The translations under genes were made by a program, and so were the position numbers. From contig CAWJKT010000001.1 of NCBI GenBank assembly GCA_963843375.1, forward strand, positions 1 to 64,000: a stretch of DNA of 64,000 nucleotides. Reading direction: 5' to 3'. This document shows, in pieces, positions 53,307-63,077 of the stretch (the stretch's first letter is position 1; each line of letters starts with the position of its first letter). This stretch comes from an uncultured Pseudomonadota bacterium (lineage in GTDB: Bacteria; Oederibacteriota; Muellerivitia; Muellerivitales; Muellerivitaceae). The notes beneath the pieces were generated by a model, which saw only the letters and a list, made by a program, of their open reading frames with translations, had not been told where the DNA came from and ran no database searches.

Positions 53307-54563
53307 ATGAAATCGATATTAAAATTATTATTGGGGATGATGTTTCTGTTTAACTTCCCGGTTTTCGCCCAAGACCGGCCGAATGATATGTCTAGGCCTG
53401 TGGAAAGACCGGCGCCTTCCCGTCCTGCGCCAGCGCCTCCAGCCCGTATCGAAGCCGCCCCCCCGAAAAACGAAGCCAATGCACCTCCGCCAGTCCAAAT
53501 CGACTTGAGCCACTCCACGTACCACAATAACGTCGGAAACCCGGACCCCAACCGAACAACCCGTTGGAACGCTTCAAATCAAAATCCCGCTCCTGTTATC
53601 GAGCGGCCCGGGGGTGGGTCCGGCCTTCCCCTCCCGCTCACGCGCACGGTTCAACCCTTGAGCCGTTCCCGCTTCGTTTCCGTCCAGCCCAAGGGAAGCA
53701 ATGTGGCCCATCACCACCATCCCTTTACGCAAGGCTACGTGCGCAAGAAACTCCAAAAGCTCGGAGTGAGCGTCCTCCCCCATTACATTACCGATCGCCG
53801 AAACATGTTGGATGCGGACAATCTGCATTCCGTCATCCGTCTGCCCCAGAAAGGCCCCGACCACCAGCCACTTAGCGCGATTGCGCTTACCCGCAAAGAC
53901 CTCGGAAATTCGATGGTGACAGCCCAAATGGCCTACCTCAGCAGCGGTGCGCTCCAGGACTCATTGACCCAGGCAAGCACCGCGGAAACCCGAGCCGGTC
54001 ATTATTACTGGCATACCGGCGACAGTTTCAATTACTGCCATTACGTCGATAGTTGGGGCTACCATTGGTACGGCTGGTACGCGGGGGACAATTGCTTCTG
54101 GACCCGCTATTACTCCGACCGCTGGTGGTTCTATGACGATAATCTGGACCGTTGGTGTTTCTGGGACAGCGGCTATTGGTGGTGGCAGGATCCCGACCAC
54201 GTTGGCGACCTTTATCTCTACGATTACAACTCGGACCAATATATTCCCTGCGATTCGTCCGAGGACGCGGTGGTGACGACGGTCCAGCCGGGAACCGCGA
54301 CCATTTACTCCAGCCCGGATGGAACCCGGACGGTCAAAATCATGGGAGGAGGAGACTGCTTTTTGTTTGATACCGCCATTCCACCCTCTTTCAATCCCAT
54401 CTATCTGGCGTCGCAGGTGACGAATGTTCAATTCTCGGACAACAGCGACGGAAGCCCGCTTCAAATCATGCTGACCTTGAGCGATGGGTCCTCGGACATT
54501 TTCGACGACCAGGGCAACCCCCTGAATTACAGCGACGACAATGCCCCGGTTCCACAGAACTAG
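53307..54563 (+). CDS. Exported hypothetical protein with Pro-rich N-terminus and a Trp/Tyr-rich segment
   Basis: Signal peptide (VFA-Q); HYYWH...WGYHWYGWY...RWWFY...YWWWQDP. Confidence 0.7.
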   Translation: MKSILKLLLGMMFLFNFPVFAQDRPNDMSRPVERPAPSRPAPAPPARIEAAPPKNEANAPPPVQIDLSHSTYHNNVGNPDPNRTTRWNASNQNPAPVIERPGGGSGLPLPLTRTVQPLSRSRFVSVQPKGSNVAHHHHPFTQGYVRKKLQKLGVSVLPHYITDRRNMLDADNLHSVIRLPQKGPDHQPLSAIALTRKDLGNSMVTAQMAYLSSGALQDSLTQASTAETRAGHYYWHTGDSFNYCHYVDSWGYHWYGWYAGDNCFWTRYYSDRWWFYDDNLDRWCFWDSGYWWWQDPDHVGDLYLYDYNSDQYIPCDSSEDAVVTTVQPGTATIYSSPDGTRTVKIMGGGDCFLFDTAIPPSFNPIYLASQVTNVQFSDNSDGSPLQIMLTLSDGSSDIFDDQGNPLNYSDDNAPVPQN

Positions 54564-54685
54564 GCCGGTCGGCGCGGCGCGTTGGTTCCAACTCCGGGGG
54601 GGCGCGAGTGCTTGAGTTGAATTCGAAAGATAAACCAGTGACTTGAACACTGGCGTATTGGCCGTTTTTCGATTTTAATAGGGCC

Positions 54686-55258
54686 ATGAAGCATATTTTC
54701 AAAGCTATTTTTTTTATTCTCTTCGGCCTATCGGCCCCTAGATTGGTTTTTTCTGATCCTTCTTCAGCTTTTTTCCCAGAAGGCGTTCCCATCGAATCCA
54801 AGGTGGACTTAGGCCTTTTCGGGCTTATCGGCGGTGGCATGAAATATACTATCGACGGCAGATCTATTGACCGCTATGAGGATTTCCAAAGTCTCATTTA
54901 TCCATTGCATGACACGGAAGCCTCCGATTTGCTCCGCGAGGCGCAGGCCGCCCATTTCGTGGCCTTGATGTTCTTCGTTTCGGGGGTGGGTGCCGGCGTA
55001 GACTTTGCCTTGGTATTTAAGCCCGATCCTTTCCTTGGAGTGAATTGGTTTGACCGGATCGCTACGGGATTCGTGGCCGCCCAATTTTTTTGGGGTGTTG
55101 GCGCACTTTTCGATGGCGATGCAGCAGGCCGAAAGTTCAACGCCGTCCAGCGTTACAACCATCTTTTGAAGGAAAAAGAGGATGCCTTTCTGGGCTTCAC
55201 TCCCCAAGTTTGCCTTGTCGGTCAAGGCTTAGGCCTGGATATAAACCGGCCTTTTTAA
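54686..55258 (+). CDS. Hypothetical membrane protein
   Basis: Signal peptide and two hydrophobic segments; AVQRYN motif. Confidence 0.65.
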   Translation: MKHIFKAIFFILFGLSAPRLVFSDPSSAFFPEGVPIESKVDLGLFGLIGGGMKYTIDGRSIDRYEDFQSLIYPLHDTEASDLLREAQAAHFVALMFFVSGVGAGVDFALVFKPDPFLGVNWFDRIATGFVAAQFFWGVGALFDGDAAGRKFNAVQRYNHLLKEKEDAFLGFTPQVCLVGQGLGLDINRPF

Positions 55259-55261
55259 TCC

Positions 55262-56746
55262 ATGACCATTCCTGGAACGAAAATCCGCAAAACCCAAAGA
55301 CTCTTCCTGGCAGTTTTAATTCCGTCCGTACTCTTTTTTTCCACCTGTTGGGGGAATTGGGCGGGGACATGGGAAGGAACCATGGGAACGGGCTCAAACC
55401 GGTTCCGGGTGGCCTTTGTGTTCGGTCAAAGTCTGGGGGAATACCACAATATCGATGATGGAATCCATGGCGAACCTTTGACAGTTGTTTCCAGAAAAGA
55501 GAATTTCCTGCGGGCTCAAACGACGGGCGGCGGATCCTTGGAATTGAATCAGGATCCCTCGGGACGCTTTCTCACGGGGTCTTTTTATCAAGGCCCTGGA
55601 AAGGATTCCCAATTAAGCCTTGTGGGGGAAGGGAAAACCTATCCGGTCACCCTGTACAGAGGCAAGGATTTTCTTAACCCCCGACTCAGGCCTTCCGGCG
55701 AAGAAGAAAGAAATTACAGCTATGACCCGCCGAAAGAACTTTCGGATGGGTGGGAGGCGGGGGACTTAAGACAAACTAACGCGGATCTTCCTCGGATTGA
55801 GGAAATCGTAGTGAAGATCCTGGATCAGGAATTTCCCTATATCCATAGTCTGGTCCTGGTGAAGGACGGCAAACTGGTGTTAGATGAGTATTTCTACGGT
55901 TATACCCCGGTTGACGGCCATCCGGTCCAGTCCATTACGAAACCAGTATTTTCCCTTCTTTTTGGAATTGCGGAGGCTCAAGGACTCTGCCGTGCCTCCC
56001 AAAAACTTTATGATTTTTTCCCCTCCTACCGCTCCCGGTTGGGATGGGACTCCCGCAAAGACCGAATCAGCCTGGAGAATCTTCTCACCATGACATCGGG
56101 CTTGGGTTGTGATGATTCCAGGGATTCGAAGGACTGTTCCTGGTCCATGGTCGCCTCTCCCGATTGGCTGGATTTCTCCCTTTCCCTTCCCTTCAGTGAG
56201 CTTCCCGGTTCCCACTTCGCATATTGCGGCGCATGCCTCACCCCTTTGGCGGCCCTGCTGGAAAAACAAAGCGGATTAAAATTGATGGATTATGCCCAAA
56301 AGTTCCTCTTTGATCCAATGGGGATAAAAGTCCCTCCTTGGTGGGAAGGTCCCCAAGGCATCCATTCCCCTGCGTTTGGGTTGGTCTTGACTCCTCGTGA
56401 CATGGCGAAGATCGGAGTTTTGGTTTTGAAAAATGGAAATTGGAGGGGCCGGCAGGTGGTTCCGGAAAAGTGGATCCGGGAGTCCACGGCACCCCAGGTT
56501 TTGAGTCCTCAGACCGACAAAAAATCGGACTACGGGTACTTATGGTGGGAAAGAGACGCCGATTGGCATGGGAAAAAGCTGCGAGTCCTGGACGCCTGGG
56601 GCGTGGGCGGCCAGCATATTTTTATCGTTCCGGAAATGGATTTGGTTTGTGTTTTAACCGGAGGAAACTATAAGGATGGGGTAGCGGCCAACCATTCTTT
56701 TTTGATATTTAATGAAGTGATGAAGTCTTTTAAGCCCGGCTCTTAA
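55262..56746 (+). CDS. Serine hydrolase of the beta-lactamase class C / PBP-like family
   Basis: SITK (SxxK), LLTMTSG, PGSHFAY, LFDPMGI, TPRDMAKIG, YGYLWW, GVGGQ. Confidence 0.85.
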   Translation: MTIPGTKIRKTQRLFLAVLIPSVLFFSTCWGNWAGTWEGTMGTGSNRFRVAFVFGQSLGEYHNIDDGIHGEPLTVVSRKENFLRAQTTGGGSLELNQDPSGRFLTGSFYQGPGKDSQLSLVGEGKTYPVTLYRGKDFLNPRLRPSGEEERNYSYDPPKELSDGWEAGDLRQTNADLPRIEEIVVKILDQEFPYIHSLVLVKDGKLVLDEYFYGYTPVDGHPVQSITKPVFSLLFGIAEAQGLCRASQKLYDFFPSYRSRLGWDSRKDRISLENLLTMTSGLGCDDSRDSKDCSWSMVASPDWLDFSLSLPFSELPGSHFAYCGACLTPLAALLEKQSGLKLMDYAQKFLFDPMGIKVPPWWEGPQGIHSPAFGLVLTPRDMAKIGVLVLKNGNWRGRQVVPEKWIRESTAPQVLSPQTDKKSDYGYLWWERDADWHGKKLRVLDAWGVGGQHIFIVPEMDLVCVLTGGNYKDGVAANHSFLIFNEVMKSFKPGS

Positions 56747-56786
56747 AAGAAATTCTGCTTCGGGGGAAATAAGGCATAATTACTTT

Positions 56787-58876
56787 ATGACAAACCCTGC
56801 CAAAACGACAAAGCTCCAAACTTTTCTCTATTCCGCGTTTATTGTTTGGATCCTTTTGGTTTTAAACCATTATTTTTCCTGGGGTTCCGTTTCGGATTTT
56901 TCATTTGTTTCAACGGCTTTTTCGGATTTTAACCAGGCGAGCCTACCCAAGATGGCGGCCAATGGGTTCCACTTCCTCAAGACGCTTTTGATTGCTCTTT
57001 GGACCGCGTTACTTCTTTGGCGCGCAGGACGAAGGCTGGGGAGGTGGTTGGGATTGGAAGTCATCCATGATCCTCTCCGATTTTGCCTGGAAATGGCTCT
57101 GGGAATTCTCCTGTTAAATGCCTTATGGCTTGGTTTGGGTCTTAATGGCCTTTGGTGGTCCCCGCTATTGGGTTTACTGGCTTTGACCCTTTTAGGATTC
57201 GCCCTTTGGGATTTTTTTGACGATTTTATGAAGATCCAGAAATTCCCGCGGTTGCGGCTACCCGGATGGCTTTATTTAACTTTGGGCGGTTTGGGAGCGA
57301 GTTTTTTTATCCTGGCGTTGTTTCAAGGAGAGGTTCCTGACGTCTACTTCGACGCCCTGGTTTACCACCTAACCACGCTTGAGTTTTGGAAGAACCACCA
57401 TGGAATCGCCGATTTTTATACCAATCTCTATTCCTATTATCCTTTCGGGGGTGAGCTTTACTTTTTAAATGGATATTTCTTCGGGGGAAGCGAAGCAGCC
57501 AAGGTTTTGAACAGCTTTGCCGCCGGCTTTTGTGGTCTGGCCGCCGGCGGTTGGGTGATGGAGGAGGCGAATCTGGAATGTGGTTGGCTCACGGGAGCCA
57601 TGGTTTTATCCATCCCCCTGGTTTCAGCCGCCGTTTGGACAACGCAGAACGACGTAGTATTGGCTTTCTTTTTAATCCTTTTCTTTTACGCCCTAGCCCG
57701 GTGGGCCAGGGAAAAAAATTCGCTAGCTTGGGCGATAGCGGCAGGGCTCCTAGGTGGGGCCGCGCTTACGGTTAAATACACCGCGATTATGGGGATTGCC
57801 GTGGGGTGCGTGACGTCCTTATTTTTTTTCGAGGGTCTTTTGAAAAGTCAAAAAAGAGGGGAATGGTTATGGATCTTAACCCTTGGGACCCTTTCCTTCG
57901 CGCCTTGGTTTTTAAAAAACACCGTCTATACGGGTAACGCCTTTTATCCCTATTTATCCTCTTTTTTAGGTGGCCGACCATTTCCCGTCGAAAACATGGG
58001 TTCTTTAATGGGAGACCATGAAGCCGTTTTGAATGGGAATTTCTCTTTAGGATCCTGGCTTTTCCAAGTGCTGTCTAAAGATTTAGATAAAACCATCGCC
58101 CCTTTGTTTTTCGGTTTCATTCCCTTTCTGTTTTTGAAGAGCGACCGCAAACCTGCGACCCGGTTTTTATTGGCTCTCAGCGGTTTATGGCTGGTGCTGG
58201 GTTTTCTCGTCTCCCATCAATTAAGGCTGATGATTCCAGTGTTCGTGACGGCCCTGACCGCTTTGGGTTTGGTTTTAGGGGAGATCAAAAAAGACAAACT
58301 GGTTTCGATCGGTGCATGGGCCGCTTTTATCTTTGGCTTGGTCAGTTTTTTTTCCCTCTGCCGGCTGCAGCGTCGAATTATTACCACAGCCAGAAGGTTT
58401 GGCTGGGAGAAGAAACGCGTTCGGAATACCTCAGCCAAGCCCCGCAAACTTCTTCCTATTACGGCCTCGCCCAATTGACCGGAAAACTTTTGCCGGAAGA
58501 AGCCCAAGTGTTGGTCGTTGGGGACGCCCGTGGCCTTTATTATCCACGGCCTTTCTACACCAACAGTGTTTTTGACGAACAGGTTTTGTTCAAGCTGGCG
58601 AGGGAAGAAAAGGATAATGATGACATTGGAAAAAGACTGCGCGAAATGGGGATTGACGCCCTGGTGGTATCCGCAGAGGAAGGGAAACGACTTTATGGGC
58701 AAGGCGCTATTGTACTTTCGCCAAAAGATTGGCAAAAACTAGATCTCTTTATTCAGCGTTGGACCGATCCACTGGTCTTGAAAAACGGGAGCGGAATCTA
58801 TCTTTTGCGGTCCCAACCCGCAATCAGGCGGGTGCCAATGCCCGATCTTCTGGGCTTTTTCAAAGCCGGAACCTGA
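56787..58876 (+). CDS. Multi-TM GT-C-like membrane glycosyltransferase (frameshift near 58370)
   Basis: FDALVYHL, YYPFG, QND, GAALTVKY, PWFLKN..YTGN.FYP, many TM segments. Confidence 0.7.
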
Positions 58877-58954
58877 TTCTTTTATCGTCCTTGGATAAGG
58901 TTTTCTAGATTATCATAAGGGCCGATTCTTGAGGCGATCACTGGGAGGGACTGG

Positions 58955-60301
58955 GTGGCTATTCCTTTGGTAGCGATCATTTTAGCGGCGGGGGACAGCA
59001 CCCGCATGAATTCTGAAACACCCAAAGTGCTTCACCCCATCGCGGGCCAGCCCATGATCGAGTATTCCCTCCAGAACGCCGAGACCCTGAACCCTTCCCG
59101 GATTTACGCGGTAGTGGGGTCCCCCGAAGTCGCCGATTTTCTTGGCAAAAGAGCCATTGCGGTTATTCAAAAGAAAAAGCTCGGAACCGGGCATGCGGTG
59201 GAACAAGTCATGCCTTTTTTAAAATCCTTCAAGGGCCATATCCTCATCCATTACGCCGATGCCTGCCTGGTACGTCCTCAGACCGTCTTGGCCTTGAGAC
59301 AATTCCATCTCCTCCAAGGAGCCGAAGCCACCCTTTTAAGCGCCCGGGTGGAGGATCCCTTTGGTTATGGCCGTATCGTCCGGGGAGCCAAAGGTGAGGT
59401 CCAAAAAGTCGTGGAAGAAATTGAGACCACCGAGGAGGAAAGGCGATTGAACGAGATTAACGGGGGCGTTTACCTCTTTAAGTCCCAGGTCTTGGGTCCA
59501 GCGCTTAAAAACCTTAAACCCAAAAGCGGAAACAAGGAATTTTACCTGCCCGACGCCATCCCCCAAGTCTTAAGCCAAGGTGGAAAGGTCCATGCCTTGA
59601 TGGTTCCCGACAGGTCCGAAGTTATTGGTGTCAATAACCGGCGCCAGTTAACATTGGCCCACCGGCTTTGGAATGTCCGCCGAGTCGAGGAACACCAACA
59701 TAATGGCGTCACCTTTTTGAATCCCGAAACGGTGGAGGTAGGGCCGAAAGTAAAAATCGGTAAGGATACCGTGATCGAAGGGAACGTCCATCTGTTGGGC
59801 CCCACAATTTTGGGTGAAGACTGCAAGGTGGAATCGGGGAGCGTTATTCAATCCTCCCAATTGGGCGCGGGAATCATGGTGCGTTCTTCCAGAATTATGG
59901 ATAGCGACCTGGGGGATGGCTGCGACGCAGGGCCTTTTGCTCATATCCGGGGCGGCAGTGTCTTGGACAAATACGTGCATGTGGGAACCGATGCGGAGAT
60001 CAAAAACGCCCGCATTGGCAGTGAAAGCAAAGTGGGTCATTTTTCTTATATCGGGGACGCTCGACTCGGCAAAGAAGTGAATGTGGGTGCCGGTTGTGTT
60101 TTTGCCAATTACGACGGCAAGAACAAGCATGAATGCCAAGTGGGGGATAAGGTTTTTCTCGGAAGCAATTCCACCCTCGTGGCGCCCGTCAAAATCGGAG
60201 CGAAGGCGGTTATCGGAGCCGGATCAGTTGTCACCCAGGATGTCCCCGGAGGAATGACGGTTGTGGGTGTACCGGCCCGTCCTTTTAAACGTAAAAAATA
60301 A
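58955..60301 (+). CDS. glmU: Bifunctional UDP-GlcNAc pyrophosphorylase/acetyltransferase
   Basis: ILAAG.STRM.S..PKVLH, LGTGHAV, GYGRIVR, hexapeptide repeats, HFSYIGDA, NYDG.NKH. Confidence 0.95.
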   Translation: MAIPLVAIILAAGDSTRMNSETPKVLHPIAGQPMIEYSLQNAETLNPSRIYAVVGSPEVADFLGKRAIAVIQKKKLGTGHAVEQVMPFLKSFKGHILIHYADACLVRPQTVLALRQFHLLQGAEATLLSARVEDPFGYGRIVRGAKGEVQKVVEEIETTEEERRLNEINGGVYLFKSQVLGPALKNLKPKSGNKEFYLPDAIPQVLSQGGKVHALMVPDRSEVIGVNNRRQLTLAHRLWNVRRVEEHQHNGVTFLNPETVEVGPKVKIGKDTVIEGNVHLLGPTILGEDCKVESGSVIQSSQLGAGIMVRSSRIMDSDLGDGCDAGPFAHIRGGSVLDKYVHVGTDAEIKNARIGSESKVGHFSYIGDARLGKEVNVGAGCVFANYDGKNKHECQVGDKVFLGSNSTLVAPVKIGAKAVIGAGSVVTQDVPGGMTVVGVPARPFKRKK

Positions 60302-60405
60302 AAAATTCCGGCTTTTTTGGGCTTTGTCTTTCACTCAGTGTCTTTTATGATTGGGCCTTCCCACGACGCCTTTCTTCGCCTCGGAAACATTTTTAAGGAG
60401 TTTTC

Positions 60406-61371
60406 ATGAGTCCCAGACTCGCGGGTCCGAACGGATTAAAAATTTTTAGCGGTACCGCCAATCCCGAATTGGCCAGGAACATCGCCAAGTCTCTCAAGGT
60501 TCCGCTGGGCGATATCATGGTCAGTCGCTTTTCCGAGGGTGAAATCCGAGTCAAGATCAACGAGGACGTCCGGGGTCGGGATATTTTCATCATTCAGCCC
60601 ACTTGTCCGCCGGTGAACGACAATGTCATGGAGCTTCTCATCATGCTGGACGCTTTTTGGCGGGCCAGCGCGCGTCGTGTGACGGCAGTTCTTCCCTATT
60701 ACGGATACGCCCGGCAGGACCGCAAGGACCAGCCCCGAGTTCCCATTACCGCCAAACTTATCGCCAATATCATCACCGAGGCCGGAGCCGACCGGGCTCT
60801 GACGATGGACCTGCACGCGCAGCAGATCCAGGGCTTTTTCGATATCCCCGTGGATCACCTTTACGCCTTTCCGGTCATCGCCAACTATTTCCGCCAGAAG
60901 AAACTCAAGAATCTTACCGTGGTCTCACCCGACGTGGGCGGCATCAAGATGGCCCGGGCTTATGCGAAGGGCTTGGACGCCGATCTGGCCATCGTGGACA
61001 AGCGCCGAAGCGGCCCCAACGAGGTGGAAGCCATGAACCTGATTGGGGAGGTCAAGGGAAAGACAGTCCTGATCCCAGACGATATGATCGCAACCGGTGG
61101 GTCCCTGGTTGAGGCGGTCAATGCCCTGGTAAGGTTTGGAGCAAAAGATATTTATGCCTCCTGTACCCACGCGGTTTTATCGGAAAAAGCAGTGGAAAAA
61201 CTCCAAAAATCGGTCTTGAAAGAAATAGTGGTAACGGATACCATTCCTATCCCCCCGGAGAAACGGATCGGTAAAATCACGGTCCTGCCGGTGGCTCCCC
61301 TTTTTGGGGAAGCGATCAGTCGAATCCACAACGAAGAATCCATCAGCTCGTTGTTCAACGATGTGATCTAA
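60406..61371 (+). CDS. prs: Ribose-phosphate pyrophosphokinase
   Basis: YYGYARQDRK, DLHAQQIQGFFD, VSPDVGG, DDMIATGGS. Confidence 0.97.
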   Translation: MSPRLAGPNGLKIFSGTANPELARNIAKSLKVPLGDIMVSRFSEGEIRVKINEDVRGRDIFIIQPTCPPVNDNVMELLIMLDAFWRASARRVTAVLPYYGYARQDRKDQPRVPITAKLIANIITEAGADRALTMDLHAQQIQGFFDIPVDHLYAFPVIANYFRQKKLKNLTVVSPDVGGIKMARAYAKGLDADLAIVDKRRSGPNEVEAMNLIGEVKGKTVLIPDDMIATGGSLVEAVNALVRFGAKDIYASCTHAVLSEKAVEKLQKSVLKEIVVTDTIPIPPEKRIGKITVLPVAPLFGEAISRIHNEESISSLFNDVI

Positions 61372-61449
61372 AAAAATAAAAAACAAGAACTTGGATTCCG
61401 TGACTGCCGAGTTGTCCGCGGTTACGCCCCAAGAAGGAGCTGGGCCGAC

Positions 61450-62199
61450 ATGAAACAAGTACCTTTAGCCGCTAAAATCAGGACCATCCGGGGCAGCAGC
61501 CGCACCCGCCGTCTGCGTTCAAGCGGGTTCGTTCCCGCGGAAGTATACGGGCACAAGGAACCCAACCAATCTATTGAGGTCCCTGAGAAGGAACTGACGA
61601 AAATCCTTTCTTCCGCCAAGGGCGACAATATTTTCTTCGCCCTGAACATCGAGGGTGCCAAGAGCACCGAGCCTCTTTTGGCCGTTATCAAAGAAGTTCA
61701 GGTCCACAAAGTGAACAACTCGATCCTTCACGCCGATTTCCACAAGGTGAACATGAAGGAGAAAATCCGCATTAAAATACCCATTCGTGTCCTCAATGCC
61801 GATACTTGTGAAGGAGTCAAAGTGGGCGGAGTTTTGCAGCTTTTCATGCGAACGTTGGAAGTCCAATGCCTGCCGGGACAAATTCCCGACTCCGTTCAAG
61901 TCGACGCTCTGCACTTGGCTGTCGGCCATTCGGTGCATGTTTCCGACCTGAAGCTGCCGGATGGCGTCAAAGCCGTCCAGCACGCCAAGAACGTCGTCGT
62001 TTCCGTTGCTCAGCAAATGGCGGAAGAAGTTAAGGCCGCCGCTGCCGAAGGCGCGGTTCCCGTGGAAGGTGCCGCTGCCGCCGCGGAACCAGAGGTTCTT
62101 ACGGCCAAAAAGAAGGAAGAAGGCGCCGCCACCGATGCCAAGGCTCCCGCCGGCAAGGCCGCAGTTCCTGCGGAAAAGAAACCGGCCGAAAAGAAGTAA
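61450..62199 (+). CDS. rplY: 50S ribosomal protein L25 / Ctc (long form)
   Basis: RRLR..G.VPAEVYG, ILHADF, GVKVGGVL, CLP..IPD, Ala/Lys/Glu-rich tail. Confidence 0.95.
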   Translation: MKQVPLAAKIRTIRGSSRTRRLRSSGFVPAEVYGHKEPNQSIEVPEKELTKILSSAKGDNIFFALNIEGAKSTEPLLAVIKEVQVHKVNNSILHADFHKVNMKEKIRIKIPIRVLNADTCEGVKVGGVLQLFMRTLEVQCLPGQIPDSVQVDALHLAVGHSVHVSDLKLPDGVKAVQHAKNVVVSVAQQMAEEVKAAAAEGAVPVEGAAAAAEPEVLTAKKKEEGAATDAKAPAGKAAVPAEKKPAEKK

Positions 62200-62222
62200 G
62201 CCGGAACTTATACGGTTTTGGG

Positions 62223-62259
62223 GCCATCCAGGGGTAACCCTGGGTGGCTTCTTTTTTTT
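62223..62259 (+). terminator. Intrinsic terminator after rplY
   Basis: GCCATCCAGGG-GTAA-CCCTGGGTGGC followed by a T-rich run. Confidence 0.88.
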
Positions 62260-62312
62260 GAGGGTTTTGATGCCCACCCATTTTCATTATCCTGCCGTAA
62301 AGCGAGAGCGAC

Positions 62313-62888
62313 ATGGCCGTTGAAACCTGGATGATCGTCGGACTGGGCAATCCGGGAGAAAACTACCGGTTTACACGGCACAATGTGGGTTTCCGGGTGG
62401 TTGAGGCCCTCGTTCTCAAACACGATGTCAAACTTCGTGAAAAGGATGAGGCGATTTTTGGAAGCTTTCCCCTCGATGGCAGGGAAGTCTATCTCTTTTT
62501 TCCCCAGACTTTCATGAACGAATCGGGCCGAGCGGTTGCTCCCTTCCTAAGGTATCGAAATATATCTTTGGAAAAAATGCTGGTGGTTTCCGATGATCTG
62601 GACTTGCCGGTAGGTAAAATCCGCCTCAGGGCTTCGGGGGGCTCGGGGGGACATCATGGGCTGGATTCCCTGATTACCCACCTCCAAAGCTCCGATTTTC
62701 CCAGGCTTCGAATAGGCGTTAGCAAACCGCCTTCAGCGGAAGAAGGGGCCCATCATGTGTTATCCACTTTTACACCGGAGGAAAAACCCAAGATCGAACA
62801 AGCCATCGAACGGTCCCGAGACGGGATCCAGACTTTCATTTTAAAAAGCCCTGAAGCGGCCATGATGGAGTTGAACAAGGATGCTTAA
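62313..62888 (+). CDS. pth: Peptidyl-tRNA hydrolase
   Basis: IVGLGNPG..Y..TRHNVGF, TFMNESG, DDLDLP, GGSGGHHG, RLRIGV. Confidence 0.96.
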   Translation: MAVETWMIVGLGNPGENYRFTRHNVGFRVVEALVLKHDVKLREKDEAIFGSFPLDGREVYLFFPQTFMNESGRAVAPFLRYRNISLEKMLVVSDDLDLPVGKIRLRASGGSGGHHGLDSLITHLQSSDFPRLRIGVSKPPSAEEGAHHVLSTFTPEEKPKIEQAIERSRDGIQTFILKSPEAAMMELNKDA

Positions 62889-63077
62889 TTTTTTTTCTGC
62901 ACACAACTTATATGCCAAGACCACCCAGATGCGTAGCTCTTAAGGGTTATAAAGACACATATCGAATTCGAATAGGAAAATTTCGAGTCATCTATGAAGT
63001 AAAAGATAAAGTCCTAATAGTTTTGATGATTAGGATTGCAAAACGTGAGGACCACGATTTTTAATGACGCTTGAAAT

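Noticed and set aside
54565..54610. GC-rich patch with GGTTCCAACTCC as attR or a tRNA fragment
   Set aside because: It does not match the tRNA-Gln 3' end and forms no cloverleaf.
55262..56746. Antibiotic-resistance beta-lactamase
   Set aside because: The motifs fit the broad serine hydrolase family; nothing indicates AmpC-type activity.
17000..58400. Frameshifts in polC, rimP, nusA, infB, pnp, ispE and the GT-C gene as programmed frameshifting or pseudogenes
   Set aside because: They are single-base indels, many in short homopolymers, scattered over essential genes with both halves conserved. Sequencing error is the simpler explanation.
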